From assembly GCA_012521405.1 (NCBI GenBank), contig JAAYMK010000067.1, positions 7,393-71,392 of the forward strand: a stretch of DNA of 64,000 bases. The letters are read 5' to 3'. The notes under the pieces are model-generated. The model was not told where the DNA came from and did no database searches. It saw only the letters and a program-made list of their open reading frames with translations. The DNA is from Bacillota bacterium (GTDB lineage Bacteria; Bacillota; Dethiobacteria; Dethiobacterales; Dethiobacteraceae). The translations under genes and the position numbers were made by a program. Below, one piece after another: positions 9,439 through 18,668 of the stretch; positions within the stretch are counted from its first letter, which is position 1; each line of letters begins with the position of its first letter.

Positions 9439-9485
9439 GACCGGCATTGCCAGGTTACATGGTAAGAAGAGAAAGGAGAAGGATA

Positions 9486-10997
9486 ATGCACAAAACAAAT
9501 TATTACTACGATGTACTAGTGGTTGGAGGCGGCGTAGGCGGTGTGGCAGCAGCCATCTCTGCAGCCAGAAAAGGCTTGCGCACAATGCTCATTGACAGTG
9601 CCCAGTCCGTAGGAGGCTTGGCTACAAACGGTTATGTCACAGGTATTGCTGGCGTGGTTGAAGGTTTATGTAAGGAGTGGTTGCAAAGGTTGGAGGCAGA
9701 GGGTGATGCTATAGATCGTCCCCATCTGCCCATGATAGATCCGGATAAAGGTAAATTGATGTTAGAAAGAATGCTGGTGGAAGCAGGCTGCCGCATTTTA
9801 TACGGTGTGACGGCCATTAAAGCCATTGTTGAGGAGGGCATAATCAAAGGAGTAGTCTGTCACGGCAAAGCAGGCGAATTTACCACCTGGGCAAAAATTG
9901 TGATCGACGGAACGGGTGACGGCGATGTGGCGGCTTCTGCCGGTGCCCCTTATGAGGTAGGGAGCCCCCATTATGCCGGGCTTAATATGTCCACCACCCT
10001 TGCTTTTCGTATGGCCAATGTGGACTTGGTCAAATATGGACAGGCCAATGCAAAATGGCGGGAAGAAAATGTAGGCGCAACATCTTTTGGCCTTTTGGCT
10101 GAACTGGAAGAGGAAGCCGTAAAAAACGGAGATCTGCCCTTTGTGATCTTTCCCACAGCCTTAATTTATCAAATCCCTAATACTGAAGCTACCGATGCCG
10201 ATATTACTGTAATGACTGCCCATAGTTTCTATACAAGGAATTTGGACCCGGAGGATTTAACAAGGCAAATTCTTGAACAGCATAATCAAATTTTGTGGTT
10301 AGAGAAGTTTTTCAAAAAGTATGTTCCCGGTTTTGAGCGGGCTAGATTAACGGGTATTGCCAATATGCATGGTGTGCGCGATTCCAGGCGTATTCTGGGC
10401 GAATATATTTTAAAAGACGCTGATGTGGCCAGCGGTAAGAAATTTACCGACGGCATAGCCCGTTTCCCCGAATTCTTTGATACTCACCATCCCACCAGTC
10501 CCCGAATCGGTTTTCTACGGCATATTCATGTTCCGGAACCGCTGGAGGGTGCCGTTTGCAGGGAATCCCAGTGTTCAGATGACATGCATATTTTCGGCAG
10601 ACCTGCCGGCGTGGAAGCACGCGTGGATCCCAAAAATTATTGTGAAATACCGTACAGAGCCCTTGTGCCGCTGAATGTCGATAATTTACTTGTGGTGGGG
10701 CGCTGTATTTCCTCGGAGTTTAATGCCCAAGCTGCCGTACGCATTATAGCCCCGTCCATGAGTACAGGGCAGGCAGCCGGTATCGCTGCTGCCATTTGCC
10801 TGGAAAAAGGAATTACCCCCAGGGAAGTTGACGGTAAACTGGTTAGACAAAAAATGATTGCCGACGGGGTGCCCCTTGATCAAGAGTTAACAGGTCACTG
10901 GGCAAAAGTCCGCGCTTTTGAAGGGGATTATGTGGTTTTAGCCGGCGATTTTATTGGTATTAAACAGCCGGATGGGAAAATTGTCACACACATGTAG
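9486..10997 (+). CDS. FAD-dependent oxidoreductase (GIDA/FAD_oxidored-like), substrate unknown
   Basis: Dinucleotide fold YDVLVVGGGVGGVAAAISAARKG. C-terminal STGQAAGIAAA motif. ATG at 9486 follows aaaggagaagg. Confidence 0.7.
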   Translation: MHKTNYYYDVLVVGGGVGGVAAAISAARKGLRTMLIDSAQSVGGLATNGYVTGIAGVVEGLCKEWLQRLEAEGDAIDRPHLPMIDPDKGKLMLERMLVEAGCRILYGVTAIKAIVEEGIIKGVVCHGKAGEFTTWAKIVIDGTGDGDVAASAGAPYEVGSPHYAGLNMSTTLAFRMANVDLVKYGQANAKWREENVGATSFGLLAELEEEAVKNGDLPFVIFPTALIYQIPNTEATDADITVMTAHSFYTRNLDPEDLTRQILEQHNQILWLEKFFKKYVPGFERARLTGIANMHGVRDSRRILGEYILKDADVASGKKFTDGIARFPEFFDTHHPTSPRIGFLRHIHVPEPLEGAVCRESQCSDDMHIFGRPAGVEARVDPKNYCEIPYRALVPLNVDNLLVVGRCISSEFNAQAAVRIIAPSMSTGQAAGIAAAICLEKGITPREVDGKLVRQKMIADGVPLDQELTGHWAKVRAFEGDYVVLAGDFIGIKQPDGKIVTHM

Positions 10998-11016
10998 CTA
11001 AGAAAGGATGGGGTTT

Positions 11017-11790
11017 ATGATTGATTATGGAATTGCAGGCAAAATTGCGCTTGTTACCGGTGCCGGTAAAGGCATAGGCCAGGAAACAGCCATACAACTG
11101 GCACAACAAGGAGCTGCAGTAGTGCTTGTTGGGCGCACAGCCCAACCATTGTCAGAGACGGAAAGGGAAATAAGAAAATTTTCGGAAAAAGTGTTGTCTA
11201 TATGCTGCGATGTGGCTGTACCGGAAAAAGTGCAAGCAGCTGTGCAAAAAACATTAGATCATTTCGGCAGAATAGATATTCTGGTCAATAATGCCGGAAT
11301 TGAGGTTGAGGTGGAACCCGGCCAAATGGGCGGGGATCTGTTAATGCATACTACCCTGGAACAATACCAGCGTGTACTGGCCACAAACTTGATCGGACAC
11401 TACAACTTTATGACGGCAGTGATTCCGCACATGCAAAAACAAAAATTCGGCCGCATTGTGAATGTCAGTTCCGTCACCGCCTTTAATGGCGGGGTGGGCA
11501 GCGCCGCTTATGTGGCCTCAAAGGCGGGAATTATTGCCCAAACTAAAAGTTTCGCCCGCAAATTTGGTCCGGATAATATTATAATCAACACAGTTTGTCC
11601 CGGCATGATAGATACCCCCATGCACAAAGCAACACCCAAAGAAGAATTTGAGCTGGTGGCAAAAATGACGCCACTAAGAAGAGTGGGAAAACCTGCCGAT
11701 GTGGCTAAACTCATACTCTTTTTAGTGCAAGAGGATCTTTACATGACGGGGGAAACCATTGCCGTAGATGGCGGGAGTAGCATGAGATAA
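11017..11790 (+). CDS. Short-chain dehydrogenase/reductase (FabG-like)
   Basis: TGAGKGIG cofactor motif, NNAG, and catalytic S...YVASK (YxxxK). The start at 11017 is preferred over 11008 on RBS spacing. Confidence 0.8.
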   Translation: MIDYGIAGKIALVTGAGKGIGQETAIQLAQQGAAVVLVGRTAQPLSETEREIRKFSEKVLSICCDVAVPEKVQAAVQKTLDHFGRIDILVNNAGIEVEVEPGQMGGDLLMHTTLEQYQRVLATNLIGHYNFMTAVIPHMQKQKFGRIVNVSSVTAFNGGVGSAAYVASKAGIIAQTKSFARKFGPDNIIINTVCPGMIDTPMHKATPKEEFELVAKMTPLRRVGKPADVAKLILFLVQEDLYMTGETIAVDGGSSMR

Positions 11791-11824
11791 AGCTAAAAAG
11801 TGGTGAAAGAAGGGGGAAAAGACT

Positions 11825-12934
11825 GTGAAATGTAAAGTGGCAGTGGTTGAAAAGATGGGAGCACCCTTTACCATTGAGGAAATGGAATTGGCAGAACCTA
11901 AAGAAAAAGAAGTTCGATTAAAAGTTATGACCTGCACCATCTGTCATAGTGATATTCACGGTATTCGCGGCGAGCATGGAAGTTATGAAGGTTGCGCCAC
12001 GGCAGGTCATGAAATTGCCGGTATTGTCGATGCCGTTGGCCCCGGTGTAACCTATGTAAAACCTGGTGACAGGGTTGTTTGTGCCATTATTCGTGCGGGC
12101 TGTGGCACCTGCGGTCCATGCCTTGCCGACAGGACTTGGTTTTGTGAAAATATTCCTCCCCTGGAGTTTCGTAAGCCGGGCCCTTATACGAGGGCAGACG
12201 GTCGGGTGCCTATCCAGACGGCTTCTTCGGCCACCGGCTTTGCAGAATACTGTAATTGTCACGAATCCACCCTTTGTAAAATTGATGACGACATTCCCTT
12301 CGCAGTGGCATCCGCCATGTCTTGTGGATTTATTTCCGGTTTTGGTGCCGTTTTAAACCGTTTGCAGGTAAAGCCCACTGAAAGTGTGGCTGTAATTGGC
12401 TGCGGCGGGGTGGGTATTTCCGCCATTCAGGGGGCACGCCTTTCCGGTGCTTGTCCCATTGTTGCCATTGATGTAATGGACAGCAAACTTGAATTGGCAA
12501 AAAAATGTGGTGCCACGCACACAATTAATCCCACCAAGAGTAATGTGGTGGAGGAAATACGCAAGATTAATAAATACGGTGTAGATTATGCCATTGTGGC
12601 CGTAGCCGCACAAGGCATTAAAAGACAGGCATTGGATATTACGGCGCCGTGGGGGACTGTTTGTGTCATTGGCCATGCGCGTTTTGAGGATGAAATGATG
12701 CATGATATAAGTGCTATGGAATTTTTGACCGGTAAGAAATTTACCGGCAGCGTCATGGGCGCCTTAAATTTACGTAGAGATTTTCCCAAATATATGGAAT
12801 TGTACAGGCATGGTTTAATTGATATTGAATGTATGCTGACACGTTATTATCCTTTGGAGCAGATAAATGAAGCTTTTTATGATGCCGAACATGGTGCCGT
12901 TAAAAATGTCATTGTGATTGGAGGGCTGGAGTAG
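11825..12934 (+). CDS. Zinc-dependent alcohol dehydrogenase (MDR family)
   Basis: Catalytic-zinc motif CTICHSDIHG...GHE, structural-zinc Cys cluster CGTCGPC...C, and Rossmann motif IGCGGVG. Confidence 0.8.
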   Translation: MKCKVAVVEKMGAPFTIEEMELAEPKEKEVRLKVMTCTICHSDIHGIRGEHGSYEGCATAGHEIAGIVDAVGPGVTYVKPGDRVVCAIIRAGCGTCGPCLADRTWFCENIPPLEFRKPGPYTRADGRVPIQTASSATGFAEYCNCHESTLCKIDDDIPFAVASAMSCGFISGFGAVLNRLQVKPTESVAVIGCGGVGISAIQGARLSGACPIVAIDVMDSKLELAKKCGATHTINPTKSNVVEEIRKINKYGVDYAIVAVAAQGIKRQALDITAPWGTVCVIGHARFEDEMMHDISAMEFLTGKKFTGSVMGALNLRRDFPKYMELYRHGLIDIECMLTRYYPLEQINEAFYDAEHGAVKNVIVIGGLE

Positions 12935-12939
12935 GTTTA

Positions 12940-13344
12940 ATGCAAAAAAGAAAAATTATCAACCCATGGCAGTGGAACGAGGAAATAGGTTTTGTGCAAG
13001 CGAATGATCTGACCGGCGTGAAAAGGATAGTTTATTGTGCTGGACAAGTATCTGTTGATGATGAAGGCAATCCTCTTTACCCCGGGAATATGGAGGCACA
13101 AATCAAGCAAGCTTTAAACAATTTGGAAACTGTTTTGCGTCATGCCGGGTTAGAATTGTCCGATGTGGTGCGATTAAATTACTATACAACCGATATTGCC
13201 GCCTTTAGAAAAGCAGAACCCATGTTAAGCGAACGGTTAAAAAAGGCCGGTTGCAGGCCGGTTTCCACCCTCCTGGGTGTGGCGGCGCTCTATCATCCGG
13301 ATGTGGTGGTAGAGATTGAAGCCACAGCAGTCCAACTGGACTAA
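12940..13344 (+). CDS. RidA/YjgF-family enamine/imine deaminase
   Basis: 134 aa with a YjgF-like pattern (AGQVS...DD G..., C-terminal VEIEATA). Confidence 0.7.
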   Translation: MQKRKIINPWQWNEEIGFVQANDLTGVKRIVYCAGQVSVDDEGNPLYPGNMEAQIKQALNNLETVLRHAGLELSDVVRLNYYTTDIAAFRKAEPMLSERLKKAGCRPVSTLLGVAALYHPDVVVEIEATAVQLD

Positions 13345-13360
13345 AGAGATAGCAGATTTT

Positions 13361-13406
13361 AAAAACGGAGGTTCTCCCCATCAGGGGGAAAACCTCCGTC
13401 ATTTTT
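13361..13406. terminator. Bidirectional terminator between the convergent RidA and SBP genes
   Basis: acggaggttctcccc / ggggaaaacctccgt stem flanked by an A-run on the 5' side and a T-run on the 3' side. Confidence 0.75.
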
Positions 13407-14983
13407 TATGGTTCTATCCACATTTCATGCATTTTCCAGCGGGTAAAGCCTTGTTTCGGGTAGCTGGTATGGACTGTGCCGTCATGGAGAAAACCGCTGG
13501 GTTGATTGAGAATAGGAATTACCAGTGCTTCATCGCCAATATATTTGACGATTTTTTCCGCCCATGCTTTTTTCTCATCTGTAGTCCTGGCCAATAAGGA
13601 GGCCCTTGACATTTCTATTAATTCAGCTGGGCGGATAAAACTAATGGATAGTGTGCCGTCATGCCCCCACCAGCGCTGGATGGAAGTCAAATAATTTGTA
13701 TCCTGCCCGGCAATACTTAAGGCCAGATGTTTCCAGCCGTCATTATACAGTGCTTGCCCAAAACGGCCCAGGTCGGCAAGGTCAATTTTAACATTAAAGC
13801 CCACAGCTCTTAGATAATTATAGATGGCTTCCGCCATATCATTTCTGCCACCGGCATTGCTTGCCAGTAAGATGACTTCCTCTCCGTTATAACCGGCTTC
13901 TTGTAGCAATTGTTTGGCTTTTTCCGGATCATAGTCACGCCATTTAAAGTGGCCGCCCCAATCTCCGGGAGGGGCTACAGCATAAATTGGTTCGCTGAAG
14001 CCATAACCCAAGGCATCGGAAATAGCCTGCTTGTCGATGGCATATTCAACGGCTTCCCGTAATCTCTTATCAGAGAAGAGTTCACCTTCTGCGTTGTTAA
14101 ACAAAATTACTGTCTGCATGCCGGCCCAACCTTCATTGCGCACGTAGCCTTTATCGACAAACTCCCGTGCATATTGATTGTCAGCATTGAGCCAAGCCCG
14201 AGCTTCGCCGGCCTCAAAGGCGGCGGCTGCGGTAGTGGGCTCCGGAATATCGATAATTTCAATACGATCCAAGTAAGGATAGCCTTCCTGCCAATAATCT
14301 TCATTTTTCACCCAATAAATGTGCGAATCGCGCACAAATTCTTCTAATTTAAAGGGGCCGGTACCAACTACGTTGGTACTGAACCAGCTTTCGTCATGTG
14401 TTTCCCAAGCCTGCTTGGAAAACATCTGCTTAATGCCCCATTCTTCTATAATTTGGTTGTGCCACTGATTAATATGGATGACGAGAGTATAATCGTCTAC
14501 AGCTTCAATACGGTCGATATGATCAAAGAATCTGAGGCGGTAACGTTCTGCGGCAATTTCAAAGTTCCATTTTGCCACTTCGGCATTAAAATCGGAGCCG
14601 TCATGAAATTTTATGCCTTCTTGTAAATAAAAAGTTATAGTTAAATTATCTGGATCTTCTTCCCAGGCCTTTGCCAGCACTCCTTCCAGTTCCCTTTCAT
14701 CAGAAACGGCCAGGAGAGGTTCTACCGCCGGATATACGGAAGCATAATCTCCTTCCGTGGGATGGCCCAGGTTTAAAGCAGAAGCTGTACCGATCATCTT
14801 CAAAGTGCCGCCGTATTGAGGTTCTTTGGCAGCTTGGTTGTTGTTGACGGGGCTTATGTTCATATTGGCACTGTTATTGTTATTATTGGCAGGTTCTGAA
14901 TTTCCGCTGCAACTTACCACCAAAAACATCAGCAACATCAGCAATAAACAACTGGCAAGTTTTTTGAACGATTGTTTTGACAT
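13406..14983 (-). CDS. ABC-transporter substrate-binding lipoprotein, family 5 (peptide/opine/nickel type); orphan, with no permease nearby
   Basis: Signal peptide plus lipobox LVVSCSG, an Asn-rich linker, and a family-5 SBP-like body of 525 aa. Confidence 0.75.
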   Translation of the reverse strand: MSKQSFKKLASCLLLMLLMFLVVSCSGNSEPANNNNNSANMNISPVNNNQAAKEPQYGGTLKMIGTASALNLGHPTEGDYASVYPAVEPLLAVSDERELEGVLAKAWEEDPDNLTITFYLQEGIKFHDGSDFNAEVAKWNFEIAAERYRLRFFDHIDRIEAVDDYTLVIHINQWHNQIIEEWGIKQMFSKQAWETHDESWFSTNVVGTGPFKLEEFVRDSHIYWVKNEDYWQEGYPYLDRIEIIDIPEPTTAAAAFEAGEARAWLNADNQYAREFVDKGYVRNEGWAGMQTVILFNNAEGELFSDKRLREAVEYAIDKQAISDALGYGFSEPIYAVAPPGDWGGHFKWRDYDPEKAKQLLQEAGYNGEEVILLASNAGGRNDMAEAIYNYLRAVGFNVKIDLADLGRFGQALYNDGWKHLALSIAGQDTNYLTSIQRWWGHDGTLSISFIRPAELIEMSRASLLARTTDEKKAWAEKIVKYIGDEALVIPILNQPSGFLHDGTVHTSYPKQGFTRWKMHEMWIEP

Positions 14984-15219
14984 TCTTCTCCTCCCTTAGA
15001 TCATATTTAGGATAAAATCTTGCTATGGCCTCCTTTCCGTCCTAAAATTGTAAGTATGCGTCACTATACTTACATTTTACTATATAGGGAAAATAATAAC
15101 AATCCCGCAATTGGAAATATTGCAAAGTGTCCAAATATTAAAAAATATGAAATTACCGCTTGGCGAAGGATTACAGTTTCTGCGCGGGGAAATAAAACTT
15201 GATATTGGAGGTGGATAAT

Positions 15220-15969
15220 ATGTGCCCTGTTTTAATTATGCCCTGCCTTGATATTAAAAACGGACGAGTAGTGAAAGGAGTGCATTTTACCAATCTGCAG
15301 GATGCAGGGGATCCTGTTGCTTGTGCCCAAGCTTATTGTGAAGCTCAGGCGGATGAACTGGCTTTTTTAGATATTACGGCTACGGTGGAAGGACGCCGGA
15401 CCATGTTGACGGTGGTGGAAAAAGTGGCTGCTGTGGTTACGGTGCCGTTGACTGTGGGAGGAGGAATTAGTTCTTTAGCAGACATAGAAGCAGTTTTGGC
15501 GGCAGGGGCAGATCGTGTGTCCATAAGCAGTGCGGCCTTTCGGAATCCCAATTTAATTACAGAAGCCGCCCAAGAATTTGGCAGCGACAGAATCGTGATC
15601 GCCCTTGATGTAGATAAAAACGCCAATCTTCCCTCCGGGTATGAAGTTTATATTAACGGCGGTATGACTGCCACCGGTAAAGATGCTGTTGCCTGGGCTG
15701 AAGAAGCGGCAGCCCGCGGGGCAGGGATGCTTTTGCCGACCAGTAAAGCCCATGACGGAGCGAAAACCGGCTATGCTTTGCCGCTGCTTAGAAAAATAAA
15801 AAAGGCGGTTAAAATTCCTGTTATTGCTTCCGGTGGTGCAGGACGCCTGGAGCATTTTCTGGAGGCGGCTCAAGCCGGTGCAGATATTCTGCTGGCAGCT
15901 TCAGTCTTTCATTTTGGTGAAATTACTATCCCGGAAGTAAAAGCATATTTGGCTAAACATGGTTTTTAG
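15220..15969 (+). CDS. hisF: Imidazole glycerol phosphate synthase cyclase subunit HisF (or a HisF-like paralogue)
   Basis: MPCLDIKNGRVVKGVHFTNLQDAGDP...FLDITAT...GGGI...ASGGAG are classic HisF motifs. ATG at 15220 lies 5 nt after ggaggtgg. Confidence 0.8.
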   Translation: MCPVLIMPCLDIKNGRVVKGVHFTNLQDAGDPVACAQAYCEAQADELAFLDITATVEGRRTMLTVVEKVAAVVTVPLTVGGGISSLADIEAVLAAGADRVSISSAAFRNPNLITEAAQEFGSDRIVIALDVDKNANLPSGYEVYINGGMTATGKDAVAWAEEAAARGAGMLLPTSKAHDGAKTGYALPLLRKIKKAVKIPVIASGGAGRLEHFLEAAQAGADILLAASVFHFGEITIPEVKAYLAKHGF

Positions 15970-16003
15970 AAAAAACGACGGTACTTTCGCCTGGGAGGAG
16001 CAT

Positions 16004-16552
16004 ATGCAAAGCGTAAAGCAAAATTTAGTATTAATCGGCATGCCGGGAGCCGGGAAAAGCACCGTGGGGGTGTTGGCGGCAAAAGCATTGGGTATGGCTT
16101 TTATTGATACGGACTTATTGCTGCAGCAAAGAGAAAAACGTCTGCTGCAGGAAATTCTTGTGCAAGAAGGTATGCAAAATTTTTTATCCCTTGAAGAAAA
16201 AACTGTACTTTCTGTGCACACACAAAATTGTGTCATTGCCACAGGGGGAAGTGTTATTTATAGCGAAAGGAGCATGCAGCACTTAAAACAGCATGGTCTT
16301 ATAGTTTATTTGGCGTTACCCTATGACGCGCTTGTACAAAGAATTCATAATATGGCGGCCAGAGGCATTGTCATGGGTAAAAATCAGACTTTAGCAGAAC
16401 TTTATGCTGAGCGTAAAAGTAAGTATGAAAAATATGCTGAAGTGACCGTTAATTGCACGCAATTAACCATTGAAGAGTCTGTGCAACAGGTATGTACCGT
16501 CTGGCAAAATTATCAAAAAAATTATTGTCCCCTTGAACTCAAGGATGATTGA
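16004..16552 (+). CDS. aroK: Shikimate kinase-like P-loop kinase
   Basis: LIGMPGAGKSTVG Walker A, DTD, and ATGGS (canonical form is GGG). The lid region is atypical. ATG at 16004 follows ggaggag. Confidence 0.6.
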   Translation: MQSVKQNLVLIGMPGAGKSTVGVLAAKALGMAFIDTDLLLQQREKRLLQEILVQEGMQNFLSLEEKTVLSVHTQNCVIATGGSVIYSERSMQHLKQHGLIVYLALPYDALVQRIHNMAARGIVMGKNQTLAELYAERKSKYEKYAEVTVNCTQLTIEESVQQVCTVWQNYQKNYCPLELKDD

Positions 16553-16556
16553 CCGG

Positions 16557-17087
16557 CTAAGGCGTAAAGCCAGAGCCAATCACCCAATGGCCGTCATCAC
16601 AAACCAAAACTAACTGGATGGTTTCCACCGCTTCATAAGAAGTAGGCACCATAAATTCAGCCACAACATTGTTGCCACTTTTGTTGAGTATGCGATACTC
16701 CAAAATATTTTCTGCTTTCCACAGCGGGAAAACAAAGCCTATTTCATAGCCCCAAGCTTGTAAGTGATGTTCGTAAAAATCTTTTAGTTCATTATCAACT
16801 ATTTGAGCTGACCAATATTGTAAAAGCTGTGGGCGCACTTCCGGCCAGGAGGACTTGCCACCATTATACAATTCGTCTTCAAAAGCCTGGCTAAAGAGTT
16901 TAACGGTAGCGTAGTGTGCTTGCGAAAAAAAAGCAAGAATTTCTTCCTCCGTTAAATTATCTGCATGCATACAAGGCTGCTTAACGGCAGAATGGCAGCA
17001 GATTTTTTGTGCAGAGATGATACCGACAAACAGTACCATTAGCAGTGGAAGCAAAATAAGTGTAAGGCGTTTTTGGCCTTTTTGCAT
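16557..17087 (-). CDS. Hypothetical membrane-anchored protein
   Basis: N-terminal TM helix LILLPLLMVLFVGII. ATG at 17087 is preceded by aggggg. No recognisable family. Confidence 0.45.
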   Translation of the reverse strand: MQKGQKRLTLILLPLLMVLFVGIISAQKICCHSAVKQPCMHADNLTEEEILAFFSQAHYATVKLFSQAFEDELYNGGKSSWPEVRPQLLQYWSAQIVDNELKDFYEHHLQAWGYEIGFVFPLWKAENILEYRILNKSGNNVVAEFMVPTSYEAVETIQLVLVCDDGHWVIGSGFTP

Positions 17088-17211
17088 GATCTGACCCCCT
17101 GTGTATTGCAAAACTATAGCTGAATAGTTGACGTAGCCTTTAGATAAATAAAGCCGGGAAACAAAACGTGAAAGTTTCACCGGCTAAATTTGTGTTGGCA
17201 ACATTTACGAT

Positions 17212-18387
17212 CTAGAGTTGGAAATACCGTGGTGGCGGGTTTAAATCCAGTTTGCGAAAGAGAGCTGCTTGCGCAGGGGAAAGAGGACTGGCTAAACCAA
17301 ACTCACCCTCCTCACACCTATGGTGACCAAGTTGCAAATTCTCCAGCTTGCTTTTTATTTGTGGCCAGCTTTGACCCAGTTGTAGTTCGGCCGTACGTAT
17401 CAAAAGCAAGCCGAGCCAGCAAAGTAGAACATGTATCTCAATGGATATTTCTAAACTTTGATAGAAGGGATTGCAATCAATAGTTGGTTTAAGTTGCTGC
17501 AAACTACGTTTTAGCGCAGAGAGCTGTTTGCGGCTGCTAAGATACTCTGCAATGTTTAAAGTTTCCGTGACCCTTTCCTTTTCTTCTGTGGCAATCCTAA
17601 TTGGCCGTTGTAAACCCCAGTCAGCCAATTCTTTTTGAGCAGCCGCCAGCACAGTTTGCGGGTCTGTATTTTCCGGCCACACCCGGCAGTAAACTGGAAT
17701 GCCTTCCTTGGTAAAGGCGTAAGCAATGATGATCCTCGTGGGCTGGTGATTATTTTTTGGTACAGCTGTAGTTTTGATCTTTAAACAGGTTGTGGTGAGA
17801 TAAATTTTTTCGGAGGTAAGATTTATGTTTTTGAGTGCTGAAGTAAAGACTTGTTTCTGTAAACTGTTACCTGCACGATGAAGAAAGTTTATGGCTTGGT
17901 GTAGTAGCTTTTTTTCAATTGTCGGCAAACCGTTGATAAAAACTTTATTTTCCGTCCATTGCTTTAAAGTAAGCGCACTTTTGGAGGCAAGGCAAGAATT
18001 TGCCACCAAGCCGAAAATTAAGCGTTCCAGCGATAAATAGTCTTCCCCCGTTAAACAGGTTTTTGCAATAATCTGCTTGATGCCAAGTTTCCTCCACAGC
18101 TCATCCAAAAACCACACACAGCCCAGCTGTTTTGCCCCCAGAAATTCCAGTTGCTGCCCCTGGGCAAGTATTGGTGGTACTGCGTGGGGCATATGTTGTT
18201 TTAAAAATTTCATAATGCTGGCAGCTAACCGTTTCAGGGCATCTACATCCAGCTTATCTATGCGCCCAAAATTATATAAAATCTTTGCCTGCGACTGACC
18301 TGTTTGGGGATGGCGATAATTATGTGCCAACTGCACATATTGCACTGTTTTATTTTTGTTTTTACGGGTTATGGTTCGAATATACAT
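17212..18387 (-). mobile_element. Decayed IS1634-family transposase gene (IS remnant)
   Basis: N-terminus MYIRTITRKNKNKTVQYVQLAHNYR...ILYNFGRIDKLD is IS1634-like. At 391 aa it is short, and the positions expected to carry DDE motifs read TTTCLKIK and RPIRIATEE. No terminal inverted repeats were found. Confidence 0.55.
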
Positions 18388-18479
18388 GGTACCTACATTA
18401 TACCATAAATAAGCCGAAATTTTAAGTTGTGTACGGCAAATCGTGTGCCTACAATTTTATCCTGATACGCAATTATACT

Positions 18480-18529
18480 AAAAAAAAAGCAGCCTACCGC
18501 TAAATGGACGCTGAAAATAGGTAGACTGC
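18480..18529 (-). terminator. Rho-independent terminator of the esterase gene
   Basis: On the minus strand, gcagtctacc ... ggtaggctgc is followed by T9. Confidence 0.7.
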
Positions 18530-18668
18530 ATTATATTCTAAAATTATCTCTTGCGTTATCATGATGGTTCTTCAGTAGCAGTTACTGAGGGTAACTTAAA
18601 GTGAAGACATAAATCATACTAAACTAAAATTTGCTTGGTTATTGTATTAAGGATGCGTTTTTCCTGTT

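Noticed and set aside
17181-18440. Terminal inverted repeats or target-site duplication for the IS1634-like element.
   Set aside because: Only a loose direct similarity (AAATTT..GTGT..GGCAA) was found on the two flanks. It is not a convincing IR or TSD, so element boundaries were not called.
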